IMG/VR virus record: IMGVR_UViG_3300021375_000017
Location: 1 to 64,000 of that record
Strand: one strand, 5' to 3'
Length of the DNA stretch: 64,000 nucleotides
Source: a virus
A model generated the notes under the pieces. The model saw only the letters and a list, made by a program, of their open reading frames with translations. It was not told where the DNA came from and did no database searches. The translations under genes were made by a program, and so were the position numbers. Below are positions 20,156 to 30,172 of this stretch, in pieces; within the stretch, counting starts at the first letter, position 1, and every line of letters starts with the position of its first letter.

Positions 20156-21845
20156 ATGGAAAAATCTACTCAGCACCGGGAACCACTTTACAGAAGTAAG
20201 TCTAGACAAAGATCAAACTACTCTCATTATTGGAACTAACGGTGCAGGTAAGTCCACTGTTCTTGATGCATTATGTTTTGTTTTGTATGGAAAGGCGTTC
20301 AGAAAAATCAATAAGAACCAGTTAATCAATACAACGAATGAGAAAGGAACTGTTGTAGAGATTGAATTTAATGTTAATGGAACAGAATGGAAAGTTGTTC
20401 GTGGAATCAAACCCAACAACTTTGAGATCTATAAAGACAATGAATTTCTAGACCAATCTCATTCTGCTATTGATCAACAGAAGTGGTTAGAACAGAATGT
20501 TCTGAAGATGAATTATAAATCATTTACACAAATCATTATCTTAGGTAGTAGTTCCTTTGTTCCATTCATGCAACTCCCCTCATCTAGTCGTAGAGAAGTT
20601 GTAGAAGAACTGTTGGACATTAAAATCTTTTCATCTATGAACAGTCTCATCAAGGAGAGGATTCGCTCTCACAAAGAAGAGATCAGAACTTTTGAGTTAT
20701 CAAAAACCTCTGTCAAAGATAAAATTTCTATGCAAGAGAGGTTTATTGAAGAGGTTGAGACTACTAGTAAATCTAATATCAAAGACAAGGAAGATAAGAT
20801 TAAAAGTATTCTCAATGAAGAGAATGACTTGATGAATGAGAATATAAAATTGTCAGAAGAACTTGATGATTTTGAAAGAGCTATTCAAGTTTATACTGGA
20901 GCATCAGATAAGTTAAAGAAGTTAGGTAACATTAAAGGCAAATTGTCCCAGAAAGTATCAACTATTACTAAGGAACATAAATTTTTCACAGAGAATACGG
21001 TTTGTCCTACCTGTACACAGGACATTGAGGAAGAGTTCCGAATAAATAAAATTGATGACGCTCAAAATAAGGCTAAGGAGTTGCAATCTGGTTTTATAGA
21101 ACTGGAGAAGGCAATTAATGATGAAGAAGACCGAGAGCGTCAATTCAATTCACTCACTAAGGAGATCCTAACTCTCACACATGGTATTTCTAAAAACAAT
21201 ATTCAAATCGCTGGATGTCAAAAACAAATCAGAGATTTGGAATCGGAAATTCAAAGAGTTACCGAACAACTTGCAAACAGAAATATTGAGCATGACAAAT
21301 TAGCTGAACTCAAACAAAAACTAAAGAGTACACAAGATAAACTTTCTGAGAAAAGAGAAGACATCTTCTATCATGACTTCACCTACGGTCTTCTAAAAGA
21401 CGGGGGAGTAAAATCAAAGATTATCAAGAAGTATCTTCCTCTTATTAATCAGCAGGTTAATAAGTATCTACAGATGATGGAGTTTTATATCAATTTTACT
21501 TTGGATAGTGAATTCAATGAGAGTATAGAATCTCCAATACATGAGGATTTTACTTATAGTAGTTTCTCAGAAGGAGAAAAACTCAGAATTGATTTATCCC
21601 TCCTCTTTACTTGGAGAGAAGTATCCAGACATAAAAACTCTGTGAATACTAACTTGATGATACTGGATGAAATCTGTGATTCCTCTCTGGATGGGACTGG
21701 AAATGATGAGTTTCTCAAAATTATTAGATACAATCAACCTAATGCAAATGTATTTGTAATCTCTCATAAAGAGGGATTAGAAGACAAATTTGACAAAATA
21801 TTAAGATTTGAGAAAGTAAAAGGATTCTCCAGATTATCTCCCTAA
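20133..21845 (+). CDS. gp46: Recombination ATPase subunit (Rad50/SbcC-like)
   Basis: GTNGAGKS, CPTC zinc hook, FSEGEK and LDE Walker B. Confidence 0.96.
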   Translation: MILFQKIKWKNLLSTGNHFTEVSLDKDQTTLIIGTNGAGKSTVLDALCFVLYGKAFRKINKNQLINTTNEKGTVVEIEFNVNGTEWKVVRGIKPNNFEIYKDNEFLDQSHSAIDQQKWLEQNVLKMNYKSFTQIIILGSSSFVPFMQLPSSSRREVVEELLDIKIFSSMNSLIKERIRSHKEEIRTFELSKTSVKDKISMQERFIEEVETTSKSNIKDKEDKIKSILNEENDLMNENIKLSEELDDFERAIQVYTGASDKLKKLGNIKGKLSQKVSTITKEHKFFTENTVCPTCTQDIEEEFRINKIDDAQNKAKELQSGFIELEKAINDEEDRERQFNSLTKEILTLTHGISKNNIQIAGCQKQIRDLESEIQRVTEQLANRNIEHDKLAELKQKLKSTQDKLSEKREDIFYHDFTYGLLKDGGVKSKIIKKYLPLINQQVNKYLQMMEFYINFTLDSEFNESIESPIHEDFTYSSFSEGEKLRIDLSLLFTWREVSRHKNSVNTNLMILDEICDSSLDGTGNDEFLKIIRYNQPNANVFVISHKEGLEDKFDKILRFEKVKGFSRLSP

Positions 21846-21869
21846 ATAGATTAGGTTAGATGAGGTGTT

Positions 21870-22478
21870 ATGGGATATATCTATAAGATTATCAATAATG
21901 TGAATGGTAAATTCTATATTGGTAAAACAGAGAGGACAATTGGGTATAGATTTTCTACACACAAATCCTCCTCTGTTTCACCTAAAGATTATTTTCATAG
22001 GGCATTGAAAAAATATGGTGTGGAGAATTTCTCTATTATTTCTCTTAAAGAAATAAGAGAAGAGGATGATATTAATGAATTAGAGAGACACTATATTAAG
22101 TGGTTGAAACCTCACTACAACCTCAAAGAAGGTGGTGAAGGTGGAAGACACTCTGATATATCAAGACAGAGGATGAGTAAATCTCAATTTGGTGTGAAGA
22201 GAAATCACACACCAGAAAACAGAAAGAAAACCAGTAAAAAGATTAGTGAGTCAAACAAAGGTAAGAATACCTGGACTCAAAATAAGAAGTGGTGGAATAA
22301 TGGTGTTGAGTGTAAATATCAAGAAACACAACCAGAAGGATTTGTAAGAGGAAGATTACCAAAACACAAGAGAGGCCTAACACCGGGATTGGAACTCGGA
22401 ACCAAACTCAATCTTACAGAGGAAGAAAGAAAGAGAAGAAGTAATCACCTTAAACAAGTCCGAAGAAAGGTGTTATAA
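21870..22478 (+). mobile_element. Free-standing GIY-YIG (Seg-like) homing endonuclease
   Basis: GYIYKI.N..NGKFYIGKT, R...H, E and YN...GG motifs; NUMOD3-like repeats and WWNNG...GF.RGR tail. CTAAATA promoter at 21842-21848. Confidence 0.88.
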
Positions 22479-22500
22479 TACTGAGAACCACCGTATCCTA

Positions 22501-22674
22501 ATGACTATTCCAAACTGGCAACACCACTCCAAGAAGGAAAAGAAGAGAAAACTTAAACCCCAAGCGATGAGGGCAAGAAGAGAAGCCCTCCGCCACTTCA
22601 AGAAGTGTCACCCAACCTCCCAGAAACGGGGGGTTTTGTCGTATATTAGCTACATACCAAACCAAAACCTATGA
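22501..22674 (+). CDS. Small basic hypothetical protein (MTIPNWQHHSKK..., 57 aa)
   Basis: Read by hand. Its stop overlaps the next ATG (ATGA); TATAAT lies upstream. Confidence 0.5.
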   Translation: MTIPNWQHHSKKEKKRKLKPQAMRARREALRHFKKCHPTSQKRGVLSYISYIPNQNL

Positions 22675-24791
22675 CCGTCAATCTAGAAGTCAAAGGAAAT
22701 GTGGCTCGTCTCTTGGCCACTGAGAACCTGATTGTTGAAAATAAGAAAGTACATACGGCATCATTCAATGTTGAGACCCGTGTTCTGACTCTACCTCTAT
22801 GGCAGAAGTCTTCTAATGAAGTCTATGACCTATTGGTTGCTCATGAAGTCTCTCACGCCCTATACACACCTAATGAGGATTGGGATCCAGCAGTTCCACA
22901 CCAGTTCTTAAATGTGGTGGAGGATGTTCGTGTAGAGAAACTCATTAAACGTAAGTTTGCTGGTCTATCTAAAACCTTCTATCGTGGTTACCAACAGTTC
23001 TATGAGGAAGACTTCTTTGAGGTAGAAGGTAAAGATGTCAATAATATGAATCTTGCCGATAAGATTAATATTTACTCCAAGATTGGTAGTTTCCTCCCAG
23101 TAACCTTTACAGAAGAAGAGAAAGAAATTCTAGATCTTGTCAATATGGCAAATACATTTGATGAGGCACAGGTTGCAGCCCTTTGTCTCTACAAATTTTG
23201 TAAGGAAGAGAGTGAGAAGGAGAGGGAAGAAGCAGATGTTCAACTTCCTAATAGTAATAGTGAAGAGAAGCAACCTGTTTCAGATTCTGGTGAAGAATCC
23301 CAACCCGTTGATAGTCAACCTCAAGACACAGAAGAAGAGGAAGATGAAGGTCAAGGTGGTACAGGAGAACAACTCTCACAAAGTGATGAACTAGAAGTAG
23401 AAACTGATACCGCATCTACAAATAACATTCAAGATTTGGTAGATAGTAATGCATCCTCTAGTCAATATCTTGAGTTTGTAGATCTTGATCTCACTAAGAT
23501 TATTAACTCCAATAAGGAAGTTCATGATTATATTGAGGACTTCTGGAAACCTCATTCAGAAGAAGAGTTCTCATTTGCAGATAGTAAGTATGAAACTTTT
23601 AAGAATTCAGCTCAAAAGGAAGTAAACTATCTGGTCAAAGAGTTTGAGATGAAGAAGGCGGCAAGTTCTTATGCACGTGCATCTGTATCACGTACTGGAG
23701 TTCTGGACTGTACCAAACTTCACACCTACAAATACAATGAAGACCTCTTCAAGAAAGTAACTACACTCCCTGATGGTAAGAATCATGGTCTAGTATTTGT
23801 TCTTGATTGGTCTGGTTCTATGAATAATGTCTTGGAGGATACTGTCAAACAACTCTATAGTTTGATTTGGTTCTGTAAGAAAGTTGGTATTCCTTTTGGT
23901 GTCTATACATTTACTCAAACATTCAATGTTGTTCCTGTTGATTATGATAAGTTTGGTCGTATCGAACCTGAACCCAATTACAGTAGAACAAAAGGTTCTT
24001 TCCACATCAGTAATGACTTCTCTTTGATGGAGTTCTTTACTTCCAATACATCTCAAAAAGTTCTTGATCGTCAGATGAGGAATATTCATAGGGTTGTAAT
24101 TTCTCAACGTCATTACAATTCTCCCCATGAACCACCCCGTCTGGGTCTCTCTGGAACTCCTCTAAATGAAACTATACTGACTCTTCGTCAACTTATTCCT
24201 TCTCTTCAAAGTAAGTGGAATGTTGAGAAAATTCAGTGTGTGATGTTGACTGATGGTGAATCAAATCACCTCACTGCAGATCGTTGGCTTTCTAAAGAAG
24301 ATGAACCTTATATTTGTAATCGTGATCCTGGTTATACTGGTCGTTGGTCCAGGCGTCGTCTTCATCCAACTAGAGACTTTATTCGTAATCGTAAAACTGG
24401 TGTCACCTATGCAGTATCTCCAAAGTATTGGGAATTCACTAATACTCTTGTTAAGTGTGTGAAAGATGAACTCCCCTTTGTCAACTTTATTGGTATCCGC
24501 CTACTTAGCGGCCGTGATGCAAATGAGTTCATCCGTAGATACAATAATGGATATAGTCTTGAAAGTGGTAAACTGATGGCAGAATGGAAAAAGAATAGAA
24601 GTATCTCTTTAAAAATGGTTGGATATGATGCATACTTTGGTATCTCATCCAACTCACTTTCTACTGATACTACTTTTGATGTTGATGAAGGTGCCACCAA
24701 GGCAAAGATTAAATCTGCATTCATCAAGTCTCTAAAGACCAAAAAACTAAATAAGAAAGTTCTAAACGAGTTTGTAGAACTGATCTCCTGA
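22671..24791 (+). CDS. CobT-like protein with an N-terminal HExxH metallopeptidase-like domain and a C-terminal VWA domain
   Basis: AHEVSH, EDVRVE, an acidic linker, MIDAS DWSGS and TDGE. Confidence 0.8.
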   Translation: MTVNLEVKGNVARLLATENLIVENKKVHTASFNVETRVLTLPLWQKSSNEVYDLLVAHEVSHALYTPNEDWDPAVPHQFLNVVEDVRVEKLIKRKFAGLSKTFYRGYQQFYEEDFFEVEGKDVNNMNLADKINIYSKIGSFLPVTFTEEEKEILDLVNMANTFDEAQVAALCLYKFCKEESEKEREEADVQLPNSNSEEKQPVSDSGEESQPVDSQPQDTEEEEDEGQGGTGEQLSQSDELEVETDTASTNNIQDLVDSNASSSQYLEFVDLDLTKIINSNKEVHDYIEDFWKPHSEEEFSFADSKYETFKNSAQKEVNYLVKEFEMKKAASSYARASVSRTGVLDCTKLHTYKYNEDLFKKVTTLPDGKNHGLVFVLDWSGSMNNVLEDTVKQLYSLIWFCKKVGIPFGVYTFTQTFNVVPVDYDKFGRIEPEPNYSRTKGSFHISNDFSLMEFFTSNTSQKVLDRQMRNIHRVVISQRHYNSPHEPPRLGLSGTPLNETILTLRQLIPSLQSKWNVEKIQCVMLTDGESNHLTADRWLSKEDEPYICNRDPGYTGRWSRRRLHPTRDFIRNRKTGVTYAVSPKYWEFTNTLVKCVKDELPFVNFIGIRLLSGRDANEFIRRYNNGYSLESGKLMAEWKKNRSISLKMVGYDAYFGISSNSLSTDTTFDVDEGATKAKIKSAFIKSLKTKKLNKKVLNEFVELIS

Positions 24792-24874
24792 CCAGTTTCT
24801 AAACAGTCCACTCTGCCCCCTGACTCTGCCTCACTCTGCCCTATAATAAACAAGTAAACAAAGACCCCCGTAAC

Positions 24875-25984
24875 ATGGCATTGTCCACAGAATACATCGT
24901 CACATCTCTTCAAAACCTTTATGGTGAGACTGTGACCTCTGGTGATGTTCGTGCCTGGTGTGCAATGAATGGAACCACCTACAATACTGTTAGTAAAAAA
25001 CTAGATGAATATAAAGTTAGTCGTGGGAAGTGGAATCTGACTATTCAAGAAAAACTGGAACAAACTTATCAAGCTCCAACAGGTCTTCCTGTCGTTGAAC
25101 AAAATCTCACTCCAGTAAAAGATGATACCTTCGTCAAGTTTGGTAACTTTAATGATATTAAAAAAATTATTAAGTCCAATCTATTCTATCCAACGTTTAT
25201 TACGGGTCTGTCGGGTAATGGTAAAACGCTATCTATTGAACAGGCTTGTGCCCAACTTGGTAGAGAACTAATCCGTGTAAACATTACTATTGAAACTGAT
25301 GAAGACGATCTTATTGGTGGCTTCCGTCTTATTGATGGGAACACCGTATGGCACAATGGCCCAGTCATTGAGGCCCTCGAACGGGGAGCCATCTTGCTCC
25401 TTGATGAGTTGGACCTCGCCTCAAACAAAATCCTTTGTCTTCAATCAGTTCTTGAGGGGAAAGGAGTTTTCCTCAAGAAGATTGGTAGGAACGTTTCCCC
25501 AAAGACAGGTTTTAACATCTTCGCAACAGCAAACACTAAAGGAAAAGGATCTGACGACGGACGATTTATTGGTACTAATGTGCTCAACGAAGCATTCCTT
25601 GAGCGATTTCCAATAACCTTTGAACAAGAGTATCCTTCATCTTCTATTGAACAGAAGATCCTTGAAGGTGTATGTCTAGAACTTGGTATTGAAGATAGTT
25701 CATTCATCAAGCATCTCTGTGACTGGGCCGATATCATCCGTAAGACCTTCTATGATGGTGGTGTGGATGAAGTCATCTCTACCCGTCGTTTGGTTCACAT
25801 CATTCGGGCTTACAGTATTTTTAATGATAAGTCTAAGGCCATTGGAGTTTGCCTGAACCGATTCGATGACGAGACAAAACAGTCCTTTATGGAATTGTAT
25901 GACAAGGTTGATGCAGACTTTGTTATTCCTACAGAGGAAACTATTCTTGTTAACTCACCAACTCCTGTTGACAGTTCCATGTAA
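24875..25984 (+). CDS. cobS: CobS/MoxR-like AAA+ ATPase
   Basis: GLSGNGKT, LLLDELD, TANTKG, AFLERF and STRRL. Confidence 0.88.
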   Translation: MALSTEYIVTSLQNLYGETVTSGDVRAWCAMNGTTYNTVSKKLDEYKVSRGKWNLTIQEKLEQTYQAPTGLPVVEQNLTPVKDDTFVKFGNFNDIKKIIKSNLFYPTFITGLSGNGKTLSIEQACAQLGRELIRVNITIETDEDDLIGGFRLIDGNTVWHNGPVIEALERGAILLLDELDLASNKILCLQSVLEGKGVFLKKIGRNVSPKTGFNIFATANTKGKGSDDGRFIGTNVLNEAFLERFPITFEQEYPSSSIEQKILEGVCLELGIEDSSFIKHLCDWADIIRKTFYDGGVDEVISTRRLVHIIRAYSIFNDKSKAIGVCLNRFDDETKQSFMELYDKVDADFVIPTEETILVNSPTPVDSSM

Positions 25985-25996
25985 TTTTGATATAAT
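25968..25996 (+). promoter_or_regulatory. Consensus sigma70 promoter upstream of the sliding-clamp operon
   Basis: TTGACA-N17-TATAAT, a perfect match. Confidence 0.85.
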
Positions 25997-26026
25997 TGGG
26001 GGAGGTAATACTGCCTTCCCCTTATT

Positions 26027-26386
26027 ATGGACAGCATAACTTTTATTAATGGACCACTTATGGATGACAAAATTGAATTGACTGACCTTAAACCATCTCC
26101 CAATAGAAAGTATAATGAAGATAAAATCTTGAAGGAGTTGTCAGATTATATTTCTGGCACATACAACCAACATTATTCTGCTGGTACTGATAGAGTACAA
26201 ACACTTGACCTCATTGAAGCCTGTGGAGATGGTGAATCATTCTGTCGGTCTAACATTCTAAAGTATGCCTCTCGATATGATAAGAAAGGTACAGCAAGAC
26301 GTGACATCTTAAAGATTCTGCATTATGCAGTTCTTCTGTTACACTTCAATGACAAAAACGCACAACGTGAAACTTACCCTCAATGA
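26027..26386 (+). CDS. Conserved T4-like hypothetical protein (DUF3310-like)
   Basis: TYNQHY...FCRSNILKYASRYDKKG...DILK. Confidence 0.65.
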   Translation: MDSITFINGPLMDDKIELTDLKPSPNRKYNEDKILKELSDYISGTYNQHYSAGTDRVQTLDLIEACGDGESFCRSNILKYASRYDKKGTARRDILKILHYAVLLLHFNDKNAQRETYPQ

Positions 26387-27057
26387 CAATGAAACTCTCT
26401 GACAAGACTGTAAACATCCTGAAGAACTTCTCTTCTATCAATCAGTCTATCCTTTTCAAGGAAGGTAATAAACTCCGAACTATTTCGGTAATGAAAAACA
26501 TTCTGGCAGAGGCTGAGATTGATGAGGATTTTCCTAGGGACTTTGGTATCTATGACTTGAATCAGTTTCTTAATGGTTTGAATCTTCATGCTAGTCCTGA
26601 CCTGGACTTTGATAATGAAGGATATGTTGTCATCAAAGAAGGTCGCTCTCGTTCCAAGTATTTCTTTGCTGATAAGAATGTTATCGTGACTCCTCCTGAC
26701 AAAGATATCACTCTTCCTTCTGAAGATGTTGCCTTTGATCTGGATACCCAGCAGTTGGATAAACTCCTCAAGGCTGCAGCCGTTTATCAAGTACCCGATC
26801 TCTCTGTCGTTGGTGAGAATGGTGTTGTTAAAGTGGTTGTCCGTGACAAGAAGAATGACACATCAAACAACTTCCAAATTGTTGTTGGTGAGACAACTTC
26901 AGAGTTCTTCTTCAACTTCAAAGTTGAGAATATTAAGATCATTCCTGGAACATATGAGGTTGCTGTATCCCAGAAACTCCTGGCCAAGTTCACTAACAAG
27001 AACTATGACTTGCAGTATTACATTGCATTGGAACCTGATTCCACCTTCGGAGGTTGA
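26383..27057 (+). CDS. gp45: Sliding clamp
   Basis: MKLS..T..ILKNFSSINQSI and FGIYDLNQFL. Confidence 0.95.
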   Translation: MTMKLSDKTVNILKNFSSINQSILFKEGNKLRTISVMKNILAEAEIDEDFPRDFGIYDLNQFLNGLNLHASPDLDFDNEGYVVIKEGRSRSKYFFADKNVIVTPPDKDITLPSEDVAFDLDTQQLDKLLKAAAVYQVPDLSVVGENGVVKVVVRDKKNDTSNNFQIVVGETTSEFFFNFKVENIKIIPGTYEVAVSQKLLAKFTNKNYDLQYYIALEPDSTFGG

Positions 27058-27058
27058 T

Positions 27059-27214
27059 GTGACACAGTGGGAACTGACATACAGACTCCCCACCACGGGG
27101 AGTAAGTATCATAAAATGATTGTGGAAGCAAATTACCAACATGATGCAAAAAAGATTGCACAGGCTCAAGTTCCCTCTGCCACGATTTGTGGTGGAGCCA
27201 GACGTGTCCGTTGA
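27059..27214 (+). CDS. Small hypothetical protein
   Basis: GGAGG ribosome binding site and GTG start just after the gp45 stop (3' part of track ORF 26726-27214). Confidence 0.45.
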   Translation: MTQWELTYRLPTTGSKYHKMIVEANYQHDAKKIAQAQVPSATICGGARRVR

Positions 27215-27221
27215 TATTCCT

Positions 27222-27416
27222 ATGAGAATTATAGGTAGTATCACTGTGATTGCTGCCTACTTTGTAGTCTTACATGTGAATGTGTTAGCAGGTGTTGTAA
27301 TGAACGTTATAGCAGATTGTTTATCAGTTCCCTACTTTGTTAGAACTAAATCATGGGATGTAGTTATTATGCTAAGTTTTTTATTAGCAATCAGTTTCAG
27401 TAAATTATTAACATGA
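27222..27416 (+). CDS. Small membrane protein
   Basis: Hydrophobic segments. Start is uncertain; stop is coupled to the next ORF. Confidence 0.5.
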   Translation: MRIIGSITVIAAYFVVLHVNVLAGVVMNVIADCLSVPYFVRTKSWDVVIMLSFLLAISFSKLLT

Positions 27417-27922
27417 CAAATTGGAAAGAAAAATATAATGAATTGACGGATTCTGAACTCAACAAAATTGCAGTTCTTCGTGTCATGGAATGTACTAATG
27501 GAATTATTCAACATTCATTTAGAGATAAATCTCCTGACGCATTAACTATCGAAGAGACAAGAGCAACAATGAAGTTCAGTATGTCATGTATGAAGAACAT
27601 GGTAATTCCTCTTAAAGAAGAAACCATCACATTCAAACCTACAACAGAAGAACTTCTTCGTCGGGCCAGAGAACTATACGTCAGTGGTGTCAAACAGGGT
27701 AATGATGAGGACTTCAAAGAGTTCATGGAAATCTCTAAAGCCACTGCACAAGTATGTGGTATGAGAAGAATTATTGACGCCAAGAAGATTCTTGAACAAA
27801 ACGTTGACGTGTTTCCCCCAGGTACATTAGATTGGGGTGTAAGTTACCTTATGCAATTCTTTACTGATGAATATCTTCGTGACTTCTTCCAATCCGGTGG
27901 ATTCGGCAATAGTCCTTCCTGA
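27413..27922 (+). CDS. Hypothetical protein
   Basis: 169-aa ORF with ATGA coupling. Confidence 0.55.
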   Translation: MTNWKEKYNELTDSELNKIAVLRVMECTNGIIQHSFRDKSPDALTIEETRATMKFSMSCMKNMVIPLKEETITFKPTTEELLRRARELYVSGVKQGNDEDFKEFMEISKATAQVCGMRRIIDAKKILEQNVDVFPPGTLDWGVSYLMQFFTDEYLRDFFQSGGFGNSPS

Positions 27923-28379
27923 CAAACATATTGTAAAGATGCCCTTAGAGACCTGTCAGATGCTCTCTATCGTCTGTTCAGACAAGTGGGGGCATGGTTA
28001 TGGTACTTTGCCTAAGGCAGACGGTAACCCCTATGCTACAGAGAAAGGAGCATTCCGCAATCACCCTTGCACCAAGTGGGCAAACGAGACTGTAGCAAAC
28101 TCTAGATGGTTACTTGCTCATGGTATTGCATTATGTGAAGAGTATTTCAATCGATATGGGAAATGCCATACTTGCTTCAAGACTCTCCTTGCTGCTGATG
28201 AAATCATTCCTTATGTGAAATGGGATGGTCATACTCCTTTTGTTCGTGCAATGCCTGAGGAGTTCAAGTTTGATGATAGTATTGACACACTCACTGCTTA
28301 CAAAATGTACATTGCATCTAAACCATGGGTGAAAGATAACTATCTTCGTCTCCCTGATCGTAAACCTGAATGGATATGA
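27867..28379 (+). CDS. Pyrimidine-dimer glycosylase (DenV)-superfamily-like conserved protein
   Basis: MNIF...DKH.VKMP.E..QMLS, HPCT.W and EY..RYGK.H. Confidence 0.65.
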   Translation: MNIFVTSSNPVDSAIVLPDKHIVKMPLETCQMLSIVCSDKWGHGYGTLPKADGNPYATEKGAFRNHPCTKWANETVANSRWLLAHGIALCEEYFNRYGKCHTCFKTLLAADEIIPYVKWDGHTPFVRAMPEEFKFDDSIDTLTAYKMYIASKPWVKDNYLRLPDRKPEWI

Positions 28380-28528
28380 AAACTACATTAACTGTTAGTG
28401 ACGATGGAATCCTTACATTTCCTGACGATCTGATGAAAGAACTTGGATGGAAAGAAGGTGATCTACTACAATGGATTGACAACAATGATGGTTCTTTCTC
28501 TCTAGTAAAAAATGACGAAACACTTTAA
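28376..28528 (+). CDS. AbrB/MazE-like DNA-binding protein (50 aa)
   Basis: Read by hand: LTFPDDLMKELGWKEGDLLQW, the AbrB swapped-hairpin pattern. Confidence 0.6.
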   Translation: MKTTLTVSDDGILTFPDDLMKELGWKEGDLLQWIDNNDGSFSLVKNDETL

Positions 28529-28721
28529 ACAAACTTGTGACAAACCATATGATCGTCATGATTATAAAATGGTGTACTCAAACAATCAATCTGTGGTGGT
28601 AGATTCATGGGAACAAGTTCGACAAATTTGGTGGGAAACTCCATCAGAATTTCAATCTCATATTGAAGTGTTGGATAAAATTAATATCCGTCCCAAACAC
28701 ATGACCAAAGGATTTGTATGA
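28512..28721 (+). CDS. Hypothetical protein
   Basis: Coupled short ORF. Confidence 0.5.
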   Translation: MTKHFKQTCDKPYDRHDYKMVYSNNQSVVVDSWEQVRQIWWETPSEFQSHIEVLDKINIRPKHMTKGFV

Positions 28722-28909
28722 TCATTGATTATGATCACAACCAAGTACCAGTTCCACAAGAAATAGTTGATTTTTGTGACCACTTCACCTATAATGCTGA
28801 ACGTGATGAACTGAGGTACCTTGATTGTGTCTATATGCATATGGGGTATTATGGTGGTGACCCTACACAACTTGAACAGATGAGACAACGTATTTTACCT
28901 ATTTTTTGA
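28718..28909 (+). CDS. Hypothetical protein
   Basis: Coupled short ORF. Confidence 0.5.
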   Translation: MIIDYDHNQVPVPQEIVDFCDHFTYNAERDELRYLDCVYMHMGYYGGDPTQLEQMRQRILPIF

Positions 28910-28916
28910 ATTTATT

Positions 28917-29861
28917 ATGAACAATGATTTTTTGTGGTGCGAGCGTTACAGACCACAGACCATTGATGAATGTATCCTCCCTGAGGCTACAAAGAAAACC
29001 TTTAAAGAATTTCTAGATAAGGGTGAGGTTCCTAATCTTCTTCTTTCTGGTCCTCCTGGTGTAGGTAAGACCACTGTCGCTAAAGCCCTTTGTAATCAAC
29101 TTGGAGTAGATTCCTATGTCATCAACGGATCCGATGAAGGTAGATTTCTTGACACTGTACGGAATCAGGCCAAGAACTTTGCTTCGACCGTATCACTTTC
29201 GTCAGATGCAAAACACAAAGTCATCATCATTGACGAAGCTGATAACACAGGGAACGATGTACAACTCCTCTTACGGGCAAACATTGAGACGTTTTATAAC
29301 AACTGTCGATTCATCTTCACCTGCAATTATAAAAACAAAATCATCGAACCCCTACATTCTAGGTGTGCCGTCATTGACTTTGGAATCAAGGGAAAAGAAC
29401 GACAGGAAATTGCAGCAGGATTCTTCAAACGTCTCCAAGAAATCCTGGATGCAGAAGGTATTAAATATGATAACAAGGTCTTGGTAGAACTCATCAACAA
29501 ACACTTCCCTGATTGGCGTCGTGTTCTGAATGAGTGTCAAAGGTATTCCACTAGTGGTAGTATTGACTCTGCTATTCTTGCATCATTCTCTGACGTATCT
29601 GTAAATGACCTCATCAAAAACCTCAAAGAAAAGAACTTCTCCGAAGTTCGCAAGTGGGTTGTTTCTAACCTGGACAATGATGCTAGTGTCCTTTTCCGTC
29701 GTATTTACGATGCTCTTGTTGTATCCCTTGAAAACAATAGTATTCCTGCTGCTGTGTTGGTTCTTGCTAAGTATCAGTATCAAATGGCATTTTGTACGGA
29801 CCAGGAGATAAATATGCTTGCTTGTTTGACTGAAATAATGGTGGAGTGCGAGTTCCGTTAA
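28917..29861 (+). CDS. gp44: Clamp loader large subunit
   Basis: W.ERYRP, GPPGVGKTT, IIDEAD and SRC. Confidence 0.96.
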   Translation: MNNDFLWCERYRPQTIDECILPEATKKTFKEFLDKGEVPNLLLSGPPGVGKTTVAKALCNQLGVDSYVINGSDEGRFLDTVRNQAKNFASTVSLSSDAKHKVIIIDEADNTGNDVQLLLRANIETFYNNCRFIFTCNYKNKIIEPLHSRCAVIDFGIKGKERQEIAAGFFKRLQEILDAEGIKYDNKVLVELINKHFPDWRRVLNECQRYSTSGSIDSAILASFSDVSVNDLIKNLKEKNFSEVRKWVVSNLDNDASVLFRRIYDALVVSLENNSIPAAVLVLAKYQYQMAFCTDQEINMLACLTEIMVECEFR

Positions 29862-29878
29862 TTAACTAATAAAAAACA

Positions 29879-30169
29879 ATGAATGTAAAACTATTTCGTA
29901 TTATCACTGGTGAAGAAGTGATTGCAGAACTTCTTTCTGAAGATGACTCAACTGTGACTCTTCAGAATGGTCTAGTTGTTCTCCCTTCAGGACAGAGTGT
30001 TGGGTTTGCTCCATGGGCAATGGTGATTGATAAGGATCAACCTGAGATCACGGTAAGTAGAACACACATCGTATACATCGCTGAGGTTGATGAAGGTATC
30101 ACCAAGAAGTATAATGAAGTATATGGAAGTAAACTGGTAACACCAGACAAAAAGAAATTGATTCTTTAA
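29879..30169 (+). CDS. Conserved hypothetical protein, possibly Sm-like
   Basis: TGEEVIAE...FAPW pattern. Confidence 0.6.
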   Translation: MNVKLFRIITGEEVIAELLSEDDSTVTLQNGLVVLPSGQSVGFAPWAMVIDKDQPEITVSRTHIVYIAEVDEGITKKYNEVYGSKLVTPDKKKLIL

Positions 30170-30172
30170 ATT

